Shown: positions 9,881 to 20,087, counted from the stretch's first letter. The stretch is DNA of 64,000 bases from Candidatus Latescibacterota bacterium (GCA_965198115.1 OZ240241.1:3106935-3170934); one strand, 5' to 3'. Numbers and translations: made by a program. The notes: generated from the letters alone by a model not told the origin.

Positions 9881-12508
9881 TCACTGTCTCACAATCCTGA
9901 ACTTTGTCAGCTTCGAGACGGTCTCATTGGCAACAAGGTCTGACATCGACACGGTGAGACGGTATTCACCCGCCTGCGACTTGCTGACGTCGAGCTCCAG
10001 GTATTCGCTCTGCTCCTCACGATAACCGGCCTGCTCGGTCGATATCGTGACCGTCTCTTTTCGTTCTTCTTTAATTACCTTGCCGATCGACCGCAACACT
10101 TGTCCAAAGAACTTTCGCTTCTCCTCCAGTGGCTCGACGAGATACTCCACCTGGTAGTGCGTCTGGCCGAATTCATCCTTCGTCAGACCGTAGACCTCGT
10201 AATAAATGTGCATCGGCTTCTGATTCGTAAAAATGTGAGTCGGATTGGGAATGACTCTGAGTCCACTCTTATAAGCCTTGTCGTAATCCTCGAAAATCTC
10301 CGTGGCCACTTCGATGTCGCTCATGCCCAACACGCCGACCTCATAAGGCTCGATTTCCAGCCGCTTGAACCCGGATCCGTAGCCGCCCCCACCGACATCC
10401 CTCACCTGGCTACCCAACATATAGTCACCCGGAGGCAGTTCGACGGTTGCTTGGCTGATCACGAAGCCGCTGGCCATCTCAGACTTGACGTAGCTGACCG
10501 TGTCGACCATCTGGTACTTCGCCCGCCAGGTCGTGTCGAACACGGCTACGCCCCGCTCCAGTCTTCCGGTGTCGGATTGGATCGGCACGAGGCCCTCCAT
10601 CGATACCGCAAAATAGATCTCCAACCGTGTCCGCTTCCCGTCGCCCTGGAAGTCCGCCTGGTCGAGCCAGAGATCGATCGTCGCCGTCTCGTCCTGGAAC
10701 GCGTCGCTCTGCTCCTTGACCGCGGATGCGACGATGTTTTCGGGGCTCCTTTGAACCCACAGGAGATCGTTTCCGCGTCCCCTGCCCTGCGGCGGAATCG
10801 GGAAGTCGAAGGGAGCCCCCACGTTGATCGCCTGGAAAACGACCTCGATGCCGCCGTCGATCTCGGGATAAATCCAATACTCCCAGGGACGGGCGCCGTC
10901 CACAGGAAACAGGGGAAACCCTCGGATCTCCACATCCTGCCGGTCGCGCATCGTGGTCGGGGTTGCAGAGTGCGCGGTCCGACCGGTGTTTCGGGCGCCG
11001 TCCTGACCACGGGTCTGGTTCAGTTCGGAATCGATTCCCTGAAAGGCGAATGCATCGGCCCTGTCCTCGTGGATGGCCTGGGACGTAGCCCGCCAGTTCG
11101 TGATCAGCTCCAGAATCTCACCGCGCGCAGATATCGGGAGGCCTTGCAGGAGACGCTCTTTTGTACGAACGACATCGCCCGCGTGTTCGAATCGAACGCT
11201 GTCGGACTGACTCTTGTGACGAGGCTCTCCATACCGGATGTAGACCTCACCCCGGCGGTCCCACGGTTCCCTTGCATCCGAGTAGTTCTTAATCGCATAG
11301 ATCACGCGACGGTAATGTTCGATTCGTCGCTCGTTCGCGGGTGTGGCGGGCGTCGGGTCTCGCTTCTGCCAAAACAGTCGCGCATACCCCAGCCGATCGA
11401 ACCGATCGAGCTCCTCGTACTCCCTACGCTCTTGCGCCGTCGCAATCAGGCTGAGGTCCTTGAACAGCGCTCGCGTCTGGTCATCCAGGTTGTCGATGTA
11501 CTCACCCGCAACGATTTCGGCCTTGTCGGCGAATCCCGCCTTTTGATACGCTTCGAGCAGCAGCGGCAGATACGCCTGCCTGAACCCGGGACGCTCGGCC
11601 ATCAGCCTCTCCCACATCAAGATCGCCTCACCCGGGCTACCGCTCTTCAACAGAACACTGCCGAGCTGGAATGAGGCCTTCACGTGATCAGGGTTGACAT
11701 TGACTTGCCTCCGATAGGCCTCGGCCGCCCGCGGCAGGTCGGGGTCCTTCTCGATGATCAGCCCCGCCTCGTGAAAGGCGCCCAGCTTGAACCACGCGTC
11801 GTGATGGTCCGGATACCGTTTAATCGTCTCCTCGAACCACCGACCGATGTCCAGGGTCTTCAGAGCGATGTGACACATACCGAGAGAGTAAACCGCCTCG
11901 ACATAGTCGGAATCGAGCGTGAAGGCTCCCTGAATCAGCTCCATTCCCCGCGCGGCCTGCTTGGGCTGCCTGAAGATGGCGAGCCCCCGGCCGTTCCGCG
12001 CCTCTGCTAGCTTGCGATCGATTTTCAACGCTTCGAGGAATGCCCGATCGGCGGCGTCGAACGCGCCCCGTTCCAGCAGCGAGTATCCCAGGGCGCTGTG
12101 TGCCACAGGATCTGTTGGCATACGCTCGACCAGCGCGGAGAAGAAGGCCACCGCACCGTCGAGCACGTTCTCGCTCCAGGGTGTGGAGCCCAGCCTGAAC
12201 AGATCGGGAATGTCCGGCCAGCGGTCGAAGTAGGCATCGGATGCGGTATAGCGACGCTCGCCGGCGAGGTGGCCGAAATAGTATCTGTAAATGAGGGGGT
12301 TGCGTTGCTTCCAGACACTCGCCAGGACTTCGTCCACACCGTCTGAGACGGATCGGTCGAATTCTGCGAGGGTTTCGGGCGTGTCGACCAGGTTCTCTCG
12401 CGTCAGGGCGATCGCCGCTTCCGGCACCGCAGCAGAGGATGCTTCAGCATACAGGAGCATCGCCAGCCCCACGCCGACGGCGGCGAATGCTTTTGGGAGA
12501 GATCTCAT
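9881..12508 (-). CDS. Secreted TPR-repeat protein with a GWxTD-type domain
   Basis: Signal-like N-terminus (AFAAVGVGLAMLLYAEASSA), TPR-like repeats, and then FWQKRDPTP...EPWDRRGEVYIRYGEP, which resembles the GWxTD-domain core. Confidence 0.7.
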   Translation of the reverse strand: MRSLPKAFAAVGVGLAMLLYAEASSAAVPEAAIALTRENLVDTPETLAEFDRSVSDGVDEVLASVWKQRNPLIYRYYFGHLAGERRYTASDAYFDRWPDIPDLFRLGSTPWSENVLDGAVAFFSALVERMPTDPVAHSALGYSLLERGAFDAADRAFLEALKIDRKLAEARNGRGLAIFRQPKQAARGMELIQGAFTLDSDYVEAVYSLGMCHIALKTLDIGRWFEETIKRYPDHHDAWFKLGAFHEAGLIIEKDPDLPRAAEAYRRQVNVNPDHVKASFQLGSVLLKSGSPGEAILMWERLMAERPGFRQAYLPLLLEAYQKAGFADKAEIVAGEYIDNLDDQTRALFKDLSLIATAQERREYEELDRFDRLGYARLFWQKRDPTPATPANERRIEHYRRVIYAIKNYSDAREPWDRRGEVYIRYGEPRHKSQSDSVRFEHAGDVVRTKERLLQGLPISARGEILELITNWRATSQAIHEDRADAFAFQGIDSELNQTRGQDGARNTGRTAHSATPTTMRDRQDVEIRGFPLFPVDGARPWEYWIYPEIDGGIEVVFQAINVGAPFDFPIPPQGRGRGNDLLWVQRSPENIVASAVKEQSDAFQDETATIDLWLDQADFQGDGKRTRLEIYFAVSMEGLVPIQSDTGRLERGVAVFDTTWRAKYQMVDTVSYVKSEMASGFVISQATVELPPGDYMLGSQVRDVGGGGYGSGFKRLEIEPYEVGVLGMSDIEVATEIFEDYDKAYKSGLRVIPNPTHIFTNQKPMHIYYEVYGLTKDEFGQTHYQVEYLVEPLEEKRKFFGQVLRSIGKVIKEERKETVTISTEQAGYREEQSEYLELDVSKSQAGEYRLTVSMSDLVANETVSKLTKFRIVRQ

Positions 12509-12515
12509 AGCCAGC

Positions 12516-13388
12516 CTATTTGCTGAACATCATACTGACGTCGAGCGCCGTAACGGAATGAGTCAGGGAACCGACCGAAATGAAGTCCACACCCGTTTCC
12601 GCGATCTCTCGAACGGACCGCAGGCTGACGTTGCCAGACGCCTCGATCGAGGGTCTCGGCTCGCCGTGATGGTGGATCTGCCTGACCGCCTGTGCCACGG
12701 TGCTGACATCCATATTGTCGAGCATCACCCAATCCACCCCCGCCATAATCGCTTCTTCGAGCTCGGTCAGGGTGGTGACCTCGACCTCCACTTTCACACG
12801 CCGCTTGCTCGACACCATCGACCGGCGTGCGGCGAACACGGCCGGGCCGATTCCGTCGGCCGCTTCGATGTGGTTCTCCTTCAGGAGCACCATATCGAAC
12901 AGCCCCATTCTGTGATTCGTCCCCCCTCCCACACGCACCGCGTATTTGTCCAGCAAACGCCACCCCGGCAACGTCTTGCGTGTATCCAGAATCTTCGCAC
13001 CCGTCCCCCCGACCGCCTCGACGAAACGGGATGTCGTCGTCGCGACACCCGACAGACGCTGAAGAAAGTTGAGCGCCGTTCGCTCCCCCGTCAGGAGCCC
13101 TCGCGCAGGACCCCGCACTTCTGCAATCCGATCACCAGGCGAGACGGACGCCCCCTCTTGAGCGAAGACTTCGACCACGATCGTGGGATCGACGCGTTCG
13201 AAAACCCACGCAACGAGGGGGAGCCCCGCCAGGACCCCTTTGCTCTTCACGACCAACTCGGCTCGGGCCATCCGGTGGGGGGGCACCGTCCAATCGCTCG
13301 TGACGTCCCCCGATCCCACGTCCTCCTCGATCGCGACGTCGATCAGCGGCTGCACCCGCGCTCGGTCGAGTGTGGGGAATTCACCCAT
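12516..13388 (-). CDS. nadC: Nicotinate-nucleotide pyrophosphorylase (carboxylating)
   Basis: LDKYAVRVGGGTNHRMGLFDMVLLKENHI and a C-terminal SVGSLTHS are classic NadC blocks. Confidence 0.9.
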   Translation of the reverse strand: MGEFPTLDRARVQPLIDVAIEEDVGSGDVTSDWTVPPHRMARAELVVKSKGVLAGLPLVAWVFERVDPTIVVEVFAQEGASVSPGDRIAEVRGPARGLLTGERTALNFLQRLSGVATTTSRFVEAVGGTGAKILDTRKTLPGWRLLDKYAVRVGGGTNHRMGLFDMVLLKENHIEAADGIGPAVFAARRSMVSSKRRVKVEVEVTTLTELEEAIMAGVDWVMLDNMDVSTVAQAVRQIHHHGEPRPSIEASGNVSLRSVREIAETGVDFISVGSLTHSVTALDVSMMFSK

Positions 13389-13389
13389 T

Positions 13390-15378
13390 CTACACGAGCG
13401 CCTCTTTGATCTTCACGATCTGATCGCGATAACGGGCAGCCTGCTCGAAATCCAGAGCCGTCGCGGCATCCCCCATTTTCTTCTCAAGCTCTGCGATCAG
13501 GTCAGACGGGTCGGTCCCCACTTCGTAGACCGGCTCCGGTTCGGCCACGACGCTGTCGTCGATCCTCGCATCGTCCGTCACGCGGGTGGCGCTCATGATT
13601 TCCTCTTCCGACTTGTAAACCGTCTCGGGCACGATCCCGTTTGCCTCGTTGTGGTCGGCCTGAATCTTTCGGCGTCGATTCGTCTCGTCGATCGCACGGC
13701 GCATCGAATCGGTCGCCTGATCCGCGTACATAATGCATCGTCCATCCGCATTCCGAGCCGCTCGTCCCAGCGTTTGGATCAGCGACCGTTCGGACCGCAG
13801 GAAGCCTTCCTTGTCGGCATCCATAATCGCGACCAGAGAGACTTCGGGCATATCGAGCCCTTCCCGCAGCAAGTTCACCCCGACGAGCACGTCGAACTTC
13901 CCCAGTCGAAGATCCCGGATAATGTCCACGCGGTCCAGGGTGTCGATCTCCGAATGCATATACCGTGCCCGAATGCCGATGTCTCGAAAGTAGTCAGACA
14001 GATCCTCCGCCATCCTCTTCGTCAACGTCGTGATCAGCACCCGTTCCTTACGATCGGCTCGCAGCCTCACCTCTTCCACGACGTCATCCACCTGTCCGCG
14101 AACCGGTCTGACGTCCACCTCCGGATCGAGAAGTCCCGTCGGGCGGATGACCTGCTCCACGACGACGCCCTCGCACTTTTCCATCTCGTAGTCCGCGGGG
14201 GTGGCCGAAAGAAACACGACCTGGTGGACCTTTGACTCGAACTCCTCGAAGACGAGAGGACGGTTGTCCAATGCGGCGGGCAGTCGGAATCCGTGCTCGA
14301 CGAGCGTTTCCTTACGCGTGCGATCGCCCCGCCACATCGCCCGGACCTGCGGGATCGTCACGTGCGATTCGTCGATCACCAGCAGGTAGTCGTCGGGGAA
14401 GAAGTCGAGCAGCACGTAAGGCGGCTGACCTTGCTGGCGCCCATCAATGTAGCGCGAATAATTCTCGATCCCTGGACAGAAACCGATTTCCCGCATCATC
14501 TCGATGTCGTAACGCGTACGGGTCTCCAGCCGCTGTGCTTCCAGGAGCTTGCCCTCTTCCCGAAACTGCTCCAGGTGCTTGGCCAGATCGACTTCGATAT
14601 CCAGAATCGCCCGCTCGATCCGATCGCCCGACGTCACGAAGTGCTTGGCCGGGAAGATCGACATTTGATCGGTCTCCTCCATCACCTCGCCCGTGAGCAC
14701 GTTGACGATCGAAAGGGACTCGACTTCGTCGCCCCAAAACTCGATACGGACGGCCTGGTCCTGCTCCATCGGCCTGACTTCCACGACATCGCCTCGCACA
14801 CGGAAGGTTCCCGAGTCGAAGGAGATGTCGTTACGTACGAAGTGGATGTCGACGAGTCGCCGAAGGAGATCGTCCCGATCGATCTCGGTCCCCTTTTCCA
14901 AGCGCACGTGCAGTTTTTCGTATTCGTCCGGGTTTCCGATCCCGTAGATGCACGACACGCTCGCCACGATGATCACATCCCGGCGCGACTGAAGCGCGCT
15001 TGTGGCCTTCAGCCGAAGACGCGTGATCTCCTCGTTGATGTCGACTTCCTTTTCGATATACGTATCCGTGACGGGCTTGTAGGCCTCCGGCTGATAATAA
15101 TCGTAGTAGGAAATGAAGTACTCGACGGCATTGTCGGGGAAAAACGACTTGAACTCGCCGTAAAGCTGGGCGGCCAGTGTCTTGTTGTGAGAAATCACCA
15201 GCGTGGGGCGCTGGACCTCTTCGATCACCTTGGAAATCGTGTAGGTCTTGCCCGTCCCCGTCGCTCCCAGAAGCGTCTGGTGCTGAATCCCCCGGGTTAG
15301 ACCGTCGACCAGTTCCGCGATAGCCTGAGGCTGATCCCCGGAGGCCTCGAAGGGCGCATCGACGCGTAATTCGTTCAT
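13390..15378 (-). CDS. uvrB: Excinuclease ABC subunit B
   Basis: [17 protein letters not shown] (Walker A), [14 protein letters not shown], helicase motifs, and a C-terminal UVR motif ([14 protein letters not shown]). Confidence 0.95.
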   Translation of the reverse strand: MNELRVDAPFEASGDQPQAIAELVDGLTRGIQHQTLLGATGTGKTYTISKVIEEVQRPTLVISHNKTLAAQLYGEFKSFFPDNAVEYFISYYDYYQPEAYKPVTDTYIEKEVDINEEITRLRLKATSALQSRRDVIIVASVSCIYGIGNPDEYEKLHVRLEKGTEIDRDDLLRRLVDIHFVRNDISFDSGTFRVRGDVVEVRPMEQDQAVRIEFWGDEVESLSIVNVLTGEVMEETDQMSIFPAKHFVTSGDRIERAILDIEVDLAKHLEQFREEGKLLEAQRLETRTRYDIEMMREIGFCPGIENYSRYIDGRQQGQPPYVLLDFFPDDYLLVIDESHVTIPQVRAMWRGDRTRKETLVEHGFRLPAALDNRPLVFEEFESKVHQVVFLSATPADYEMEKCEGVVVEQVIRPTGLLDPEVDVRPVRGQVDDVVEEVRLRADRKERVLITTLTKRMAEDLSDYFRDIGIRARYMHSEIDTLDRVDIIRDLRLGKFDVLVGVNLLREGLDMPEVSLVAIMDADKEGFLRSERSLIQTLGRAARNADGRCIMYADQATDSMRRAIDETNRRRKIQADHNEANGIVPETVYKSEEEIMSATRVTDDARIDDSVVAEPEPVYEVGTDPSDLIAELEKKMGDAATALDFEQAARYRDQIVKIKEALV

Positions 15379-15725
15379 AGTTCCGCCACACTGAAGTCAA
15401 AACGAGAGCGAATGGGGAATGTACCGACTCCCAACGGCCTCTGCAAGCTGGCCCGCCGAACAGCCCGCCGATTCGATTCAATCCTCATGAAATCGGAATA
15501 CCCCAACGCCGATCATCCTCGTGCCGTGACCTTCACCAAATCCCTCAGAACACAATCCGAATCAACTTATTGTCATAATAAACAAATATTTATGTATTCT
15601 GACCGTCCGGCATTCCTTTCCGGAGGACGCGTCCGGCACAACCCTTGCACGGAAGCCCCGGCAAGAACAGTCAGACAAAGGTAGGGAGAGCACGCAACTT
15701 GTCGGGCAGGACGGGAGTTCAAGCA

Positions 15726-17009
15726 ATGATGGGTCTCAAAAACACGGCAACTCTGATCATTCTGGGTTTATTCACGGCCACGTGTGGCGGTGACTCGACG
15801 CCCACAGGGTCTCTCGGTGGCGTGGCGACGAGCGGAGGGAGCGGTGGATCATCCGATGGGGGTGGTGCGCCCAATGACGGTGCAGGAACCGTCGCAAGCG
15901 AGCCTGAAGGTTCTTTTTCTCGGCAACCGCAGGCAGGCGGGAACTTCCTCAGCGATTTCGACACGGTTGTCCAAAACACCTTCAGAAGTTTACCAGCCGA
16001 CCAGATACCGGCGCTGACCGACCCCACGATGGTCGGTGCATCCGAACCGGGCGCCAGCTACGTCACTGATGATGAGCTGGTTCTGGGCGTCGTCATCAAC
16101 GGCGAGGCCAGGGCCTACCCGCACCAGATCGGATGGTGGCACGAGATCGTCAACGATGTCGTCGGTGGCCACGCCGTCGTCGTCAGCCTCTGTCCCCTCA
16201 CGAGCACGGGAATGGTATTCGACGGTCAGGCATTCGGCGGCCGCCTGACGTGCGGTGTTTCGGGATTCCTGTTCAACAACAACCTGGTGATGTACGATCG
16301 CAGAGATCCCCTGAGTAGCGCTACGCTCTACCCCCAGATGATGGGCGTCGGCGTTTCCGGTGATCGATCCGGCCACGTCTTGACCCAGATGCCCGTCATC
16401 GAGACGACGTGGCGCTACTGGCAGCGCCTCTTTCCGAGCTCTACCGTCGTGAGCGTTTTCCAAGATCCGAACGCCAGGTTTTCGTCTGCCACCAACACCA
16501 TAGCGCCTCAGAACGCAGAAAGCCTTTACAGGGACTACCCTTACGAAATTCTCAACTACCGCTCCCCCAAGTCGAATCCGTTGATTGATTCTTTTCCTAC
16601 CCTCAGCCGAAATCCAACAGCACAGATCTTCGAAAACAAGGATATGGTCCACGGAATCCGCTTCGGCCAGATCGTCAAGGCCTATCCCTTCAAGCTGATG
16701 GGCGAAGAAGCGGTCATCAACGACACGGTTGCCGACAACCCCATCGTGGTGATCTTCTACGAGGCCGAGCAGTTGGCCATTTCCTTCTTCCGCGAGTTCG
16801 AAGGGCAAACCCTGACTTTCGAAAAGGTCGTGTCCACGGACAGTCTCTTCCCCTTTATGCTGAAAGACCTGGAAACGGGCTCGACGTGGGATCTTCTGGG
16901 ACGAGTGGTTTCCGGCCCGAACAGCGGCTCGCAGCTGAAACAGGTTCCCGCGAACAATGCTTTCTGGTTCGCTTGGGCCACGTTCTGGCAGAACACGGGC
17001 ATCCTGTAA
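15726..17009 (+). CDS. DUF3179-family secreted protein or lipoprotein
   Basis: The ATG at 15726 is preceded by GGGAG. N-terminus MMGLKNTATLIILGLFTATCGG, and a core VLGVVINGEARAYPHQIGWWHEIVNDVVGGHAVVVSLCPLTSTGMVFDG typical of DUF3179. Confidence 0.75.
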   Translation: MMGLKNTATLIILGLFTATCGGDSTPTGSLGGVATSGGSGGSSDGGGAPNDGAGTVASEPEGSFSRQPQAGGNFLSDFDTVVQNTFRSLPADQIPALTDPTMVGASEPGASYVTDDELVLGVVINGEARAYPHQIGWWHEIVNDVVGGHAVVVSLCPLTSTGMVFDGQAFGGRLTCGVSGFLFNNNLVMYDRRDPLSSATLYPQMMGVGVSGDRSGHVLTQMPVIETTWRYWQRLFPSSTVVSVFQDPNARFSSATNTIAPQNAESLYRDYPYEILNYRSPKSNPLIDSFPTLSRNPTAQIFENKDMVHGIRFGQIVKAYPFKLMGEEAVINDTVADNPIVVIFYEAEQLAISFFREFEGQTLTFEKVVSTDSLFPFMLKDLETGSTWDLLGRVVSGPNSGSQLKQVPANNAFWFAWATFWQNTGIL

Positions 17010-17146
17010 CGACATTCCTGCACTTCGGTGCAGGTCACGGAGCGGACGTCGGCCTCCCCGGCTGGTCGGTGTCCGCCCACCAAACACAGCGGCGTGACAA
17101 CCTAGAACGGGGGTCACGCCGTCCTCTTTACATCGATTGAGATCAG

Positions 17147-17788
17147 ATGACCAAGGCATACAAGTGGGCAACCCTTTTCCTCCTCATTGCGTGCACCCTC
17201 GCACCGGCTCGCGCTTGGGCCGGCGCGTGGACCTTCCAACATGGGACATTCTGGAGCAAGGTCACTTTCATGACGCAGGACACGAGGGAGGAGTACAAGA
17301 ACGTGCCGGAGCCCAATTTCAGTCAAGGCGCCCGGGGCCCGTATCGGCTCGACGGAGCGTACAGTTCGCGTGCGGTTTTCTTCGACCTGTTCTACGGTGT
17401 AACCGATAATCTGAACGTGGGGATTCAGGTCCCCTGCTTTCGCCAGAGCTTCGAGGATGCCGAGCTTCGGGCCGGGTTCGGCGGCGCACGCCAATCGACC
17501 GGGTTCAGCGACATTCGCGTGTTCGTGAAACACAAGCTCATCGACTCGCCAATAGTCTCGTCCTTCAAATTCGGCTTCAAGGCACCCACGGGCGAGTTCA
17601 AGAACGAGCAGGGACTGATCCCCACGGGTGAGGGCCAATGGGATTTCGACTTCATCCTGCAGATGGGCCGGTCCTTTTGGCCGTTCCGTGCCTATACCAA
17701 CGTCGATCTCGGCTACCGGCTGCGTCTACGCAACGCGACCATCGACCGCAACCCGGGGGACGAGTTTTTCTGGATTGGAGAGTCATGA
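17147..17788 (+). CDS. Putative outer-membrane beta-barrel protein; the 3' end coincides with the IS200/IS605 boundary and may be truncated
   Basis: Signal peptide (ATLFLLIACTLAPARAWA) and alternating beta-strand-like segments. It lacks a C-terminal aromatic residue, and the stop codon abuts the first IS hairpin. Confidence 0.5.
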   Translation: MTKAYKWATLFLLIACTLAPARAWAGAWTFQHGTFWSKVTFMTQDTREEYKNVPEPNFSQGARGPYRLDGAYSSRAVFFDLFYGVTDNLNVGIQVPCFRQSFEDAELRAGFGGARQSTGFSDIRVFVKHKLIDSPIVSSFKFGFKAPTGEFKNEQGLIPTGEGQWDFDFILQMGRSFWPFRAYTNVDLGYRLRLRNATIDRNPGDEFFWIGES

Positions 17789-17866
17789 CCTCCGGCAAAG
17801 CCGGAGGCTTGAAAACTTGTGAACCGCTCAAAGCGGTTGGAAACCAAGCGCCACCTAAAGGTGGCG
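17789..17866. repeat. Three consecutive short hairpins at the tnpA-distal end of the IS200/IS605 element
   Basis: The hairpins are 17789-17807 (CCTCCGGC/GCCGGAGG), 17822-17838 (AACCGCT/AGCGGTT) and 17849-17866 (CGCCACC/GGTGGCG), each with a 3-4 nt A-rich loop. Confidence 0.6.
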
Positions 17867-17867
17867 A

Positions 17868-18299
17868 TTACCTGAAAATGTTGAGCTGGTCGAGACGCCG
17901 GTCCTCCCGCTCCTGGTTCTGGATATACTCCCGAACCGTCTGTTCATCCTTGCCAACGGTGGAGACCCAGTAGCCTCTTGCCCAGAAATGCTGCCCGGTG
18001 AAGTTCGACCTGCGTCCCAGATAGTTCCGAGCAATGTGAATCGCACTCTTTCCTTTGATGAACCCTACCGTCTGAGCTACTGAGTGCTTCGGCGGGATCG
18101 AAATCAACGTGTGCACATGGTCGGATCGCAGGTGACCCTCTTCCACACGGCATTCCTTCTGTGCGGCCAGATCCCGAATCACCTCGCCCAGATAGCGACG
18201 AATTTCACCATACAACACTTTTCTACGATACTTCCGAACCCAAACAACGTCATACTTGCACTCCCATACCGTGTGACGTAGACTCCTTACGTTGTTCAT
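17868..18299 (-). CDS. tnpA: IS200/IS605 family Y1 (HUH) transposase
   Basis: The ATG at 18299 gives MNNVRSLRHTVWECKYDVVWVRKYRRKVL...SDHVHTLISIPPK (HUH)...ARGYWVSTVG (catalytic Tyr). Confidence 0.85.
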   Translation of the reverse strand: MNNVRSLRHTVWECKYDVVWVRKYRRKVLYGEIRRYLGEVIRDLAAQKECRVEEGHLRSDHVHTLISIPPKHSVAQTVGFIKGKSAIHIARNYLGRRSNFTGQHFWARGYWVSTVGKDEQTVREYIQNQEREDRRLDQLNIFR

Positions 18300-18302
18300 T
18301 AG

Positions 18303-18351
18303 AGAGCCTTCCTTCCGTGTGCTTTGAGCGGTCCACGGCAAGGGAGGCTCT
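18303..18351 (-). promoter_or_regulatory. Stem-loop that would sequester the tnpA ribosome-binding site
   Basis: On the mRNA strand, AGAGCCTCCCTTGCCGTG pairs with CACGGAAGGAAGGCTCT. The 3' arm carries the GGAAGGAAGG Shine-Dalgarno 3 nt before the ATG, analogous to the known IS200 translational control hairpin. Confidence 0.55.
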
Positions 18352-18419
18352 TACATATTTCTGGAACTGTCAAACTCTGGGAGTCTCCCCGGCAGAGCCG
18401 GGGGCTTACCAAGGTTTAG

Positions 18420-18713
18420 TTATCTGCTTTTCTGCCCAAGCTGATCGGATGTGTCCTGATTCTGATCTTCGGGTGGATTATCGCCAAGATCATCCGTGCA
18501 GTTTCCGTGAGATTACTCGCCATTTTACGTCTGCACGTGCTAACCGAAAAGGCCAAGATCGATCAGTTCTTGAGCGAAGGGGGAATCAAGCAGTCGGCCA
18601 TCGAAATTATTGGAACCCTCTTTTACTGGCTCATCATGCTGATCGTCATTGTGGCTGCATTCAACAGCCTGGGTCTGCGTGTGGCGTCTGAACTGTTTAA
18701 CCAGGTTATCCTG
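18420..18713 (+). pseudogene. Conserved-TM-helix-repeat membrane protein, 5' fragment (no start codon; abuts IS200; cut by IS256-like copy 1)
   Basis: The open frame starts right after a TAG at 18417: LSAFLPKLIGCVLILIFGWIIAKIIR...FNSLGLRVASELFNQVIL, then enters the IS. Confidence 0.6.
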
Positions 18714-20087
18714 GAGCTATAATCAAAAGGTGTGGAAAAAGAGAAAGGGCGACCCTACCCTTCCCGTGAGATAGTTGATTCACACAAAACCGGGTGAGAG
18801 GCCCGGTTGGGAAGGAGGATCGCCGTGAAGGAACATACGCATAGAGCCCCATTGAAGTCCATGCCGACGTGGGAGACGGTTGACGATTGGATCCGTGAAG
18901 AGATCCAGGGCCGGTTCCAGTCCATTCTGGAGGAGGAGGCGACCGCGTTCTTGGGCCGGTCGTGGTATGAGCGCCGAGCCGAGGTCGATAGCTCCACGGG
19001 CTACAGGAACGGCTACGGCAAGCCCCGGCGTCTCTCGACGAGCTGCGGAACGATCAAGGTCCGGCGTCCCCGGGTTCGTGGTCTGGAAGAGCGGTTTGAA
19101 AGCCGCATCCTCCCCCTGTTCGCCCGGAGAACCAGGGCCATTGGAGATCTGCTTCCCGACCTTTATCTCCACGGTCTCTCCCAGGGCGACTTCGAGTTGT
19201 CTTTGCGTGCGCTGCTCGGTGATGGCGCGCCGCTTTCGCCGACCTCGATCGCTCGTCTTCGAGGGAAGTGGGAGGTCGACTTCCAGGACTGGAAAGAAAG
19301 GCGTCTGGATAATCGCGAACTGGTCTACGCCTGGGCTGATGGCATCTACGTCAAAGCCGGGCTCGAGCGCGAGAAGGCGTGTCTGCTGGTCGTGATCGGC
19401 GCGATGAGCGACGGCAGCAAGGAGATCCTGGCGATAGAACCCGGTTATCGAGAGTCTACAGAATCCTGGCTCACGGTGCTACGGGATCTCCGGGATCGCG
19501 GGCTCGAACATCCTGTCCTGATCGCCGCGGACGGGAATATGGGCATCTGGGCGGCCGTTGATCAGGTCTGGCCAGAGAGCCGGCAACAACGGTGCTGGAA
19601 CCACAAGATCCTCAACGTGCTCGACAAGGTCGCCAAGCGTGCACAGGCTGAAGCCCGCGCACTGCTCGTCCAGATCCCCTATGCCGGCACGAAAAAGGAG
19701 GCCGAGAAGCTCCGGAAACGCTTTGCCGCACGGTATCGCTCACAGTTCCCTGCCGCCGTGGAGACGCTCGAAAGAGACTGGGATCGGATGGTCACGTTCT
19801 ACGACTTCCCGAAGGAACACTGGAAACACCTGAGAACCACGAACGTCGTCGAGAGCCCCTTTGCTTCCGTTCGGCTTCGCACAAACGCCGCCAGGCGATT
19901 CAAGAAAGTCAGGAACGCCACGACTCTCATCTGGCGTACGCTCAAGGTCGCAGAGAGCCGATTCAGGAAACTCACCGCGCCACACTTGCTACAACAAGTC
20001 TACGATCAGAAACACTCAACCGGACCGCAGGTCGAAGCCGGGAAGATGGCCGCCTGATTTCTTTTACACACCTATTGACCTGAACTC
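18714..20087 (+). mobile_element. IS256-family element, copy 1 (1374 bp)
   Basis: Imperfect terminal IRs GAGCTATAATCAAAAGGTGTGG / GAGTTCAGGTCAATAGGTGTGT. Perfect 8-bp TSD TTATCCTG at 18706-18713 and 20088-20095. Confidence 0.9.
18807..20057 (+). CDS. IS256-family (mutator-type) transposase
   Basis: 416 aa with the RCWNHKILNV motif typical of IS256/Transposase_mut. Identical in protein sequence to 23084..24334. Confidence 0.9.
   Translation: MGRRIAVKEHTHRAPLKSMPTWETVDDWIREEIQGRFQSILEEEATAFLGRSWYERRAEVDSSTGYRNGYGKPRRLSTSCGTIKVRRPRVRGLEERFESRILPLFARRTRAIGDLLPDLYLHGLSQGDFELSLRALLGDGAPLSPTSIARLRGKWEVDFQDWKERRLDNRELVYAWADGIYVKAGLEREKACLLVVIGAMSDGSKEILAIEPGYRESTESWLTVLRDLRDRGLEHPVLIAADGNMGIWAAVDQVWPESRQQRCWNHKILNVLDKVAKRAQAEARALLVQIPYAGTKKEAEKLRKRFAARYRSQFPAAVETLERDWDRMVTFYDFPKEHWKHLRTTNVVESPFASVRLRTNAARRFKKVRNATTLIWRTLKVAESRFRKLTAPHLLQQVYDQKHSTGPQVEAGKMAA

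Larger units (their letters stand above)
17786..18425 (-). mobile_element. IS200/IS605-family element (tnpA only); boundaries approximate
   Basis: A Y1/HUH transposase gene flanked by similar subterminal hairpins: CCCCGGC-AGA-GCCGGGG (18387-18403) and CCTCCGGC-AAA-GCCGGAGG (17789-17807). No inverted repeats, as expected for this family. Confidence 0.7.

Noticed and set aside
17789-17807. First hairpin as a simple terminator of the outer-membrane protein gene
   Set aside because: Its stem and loop nearly match the hairpin at the other end of the IS200/IS605 element (18387-18403), and it lacks a T-tract. It is better explained as the IS end structure.
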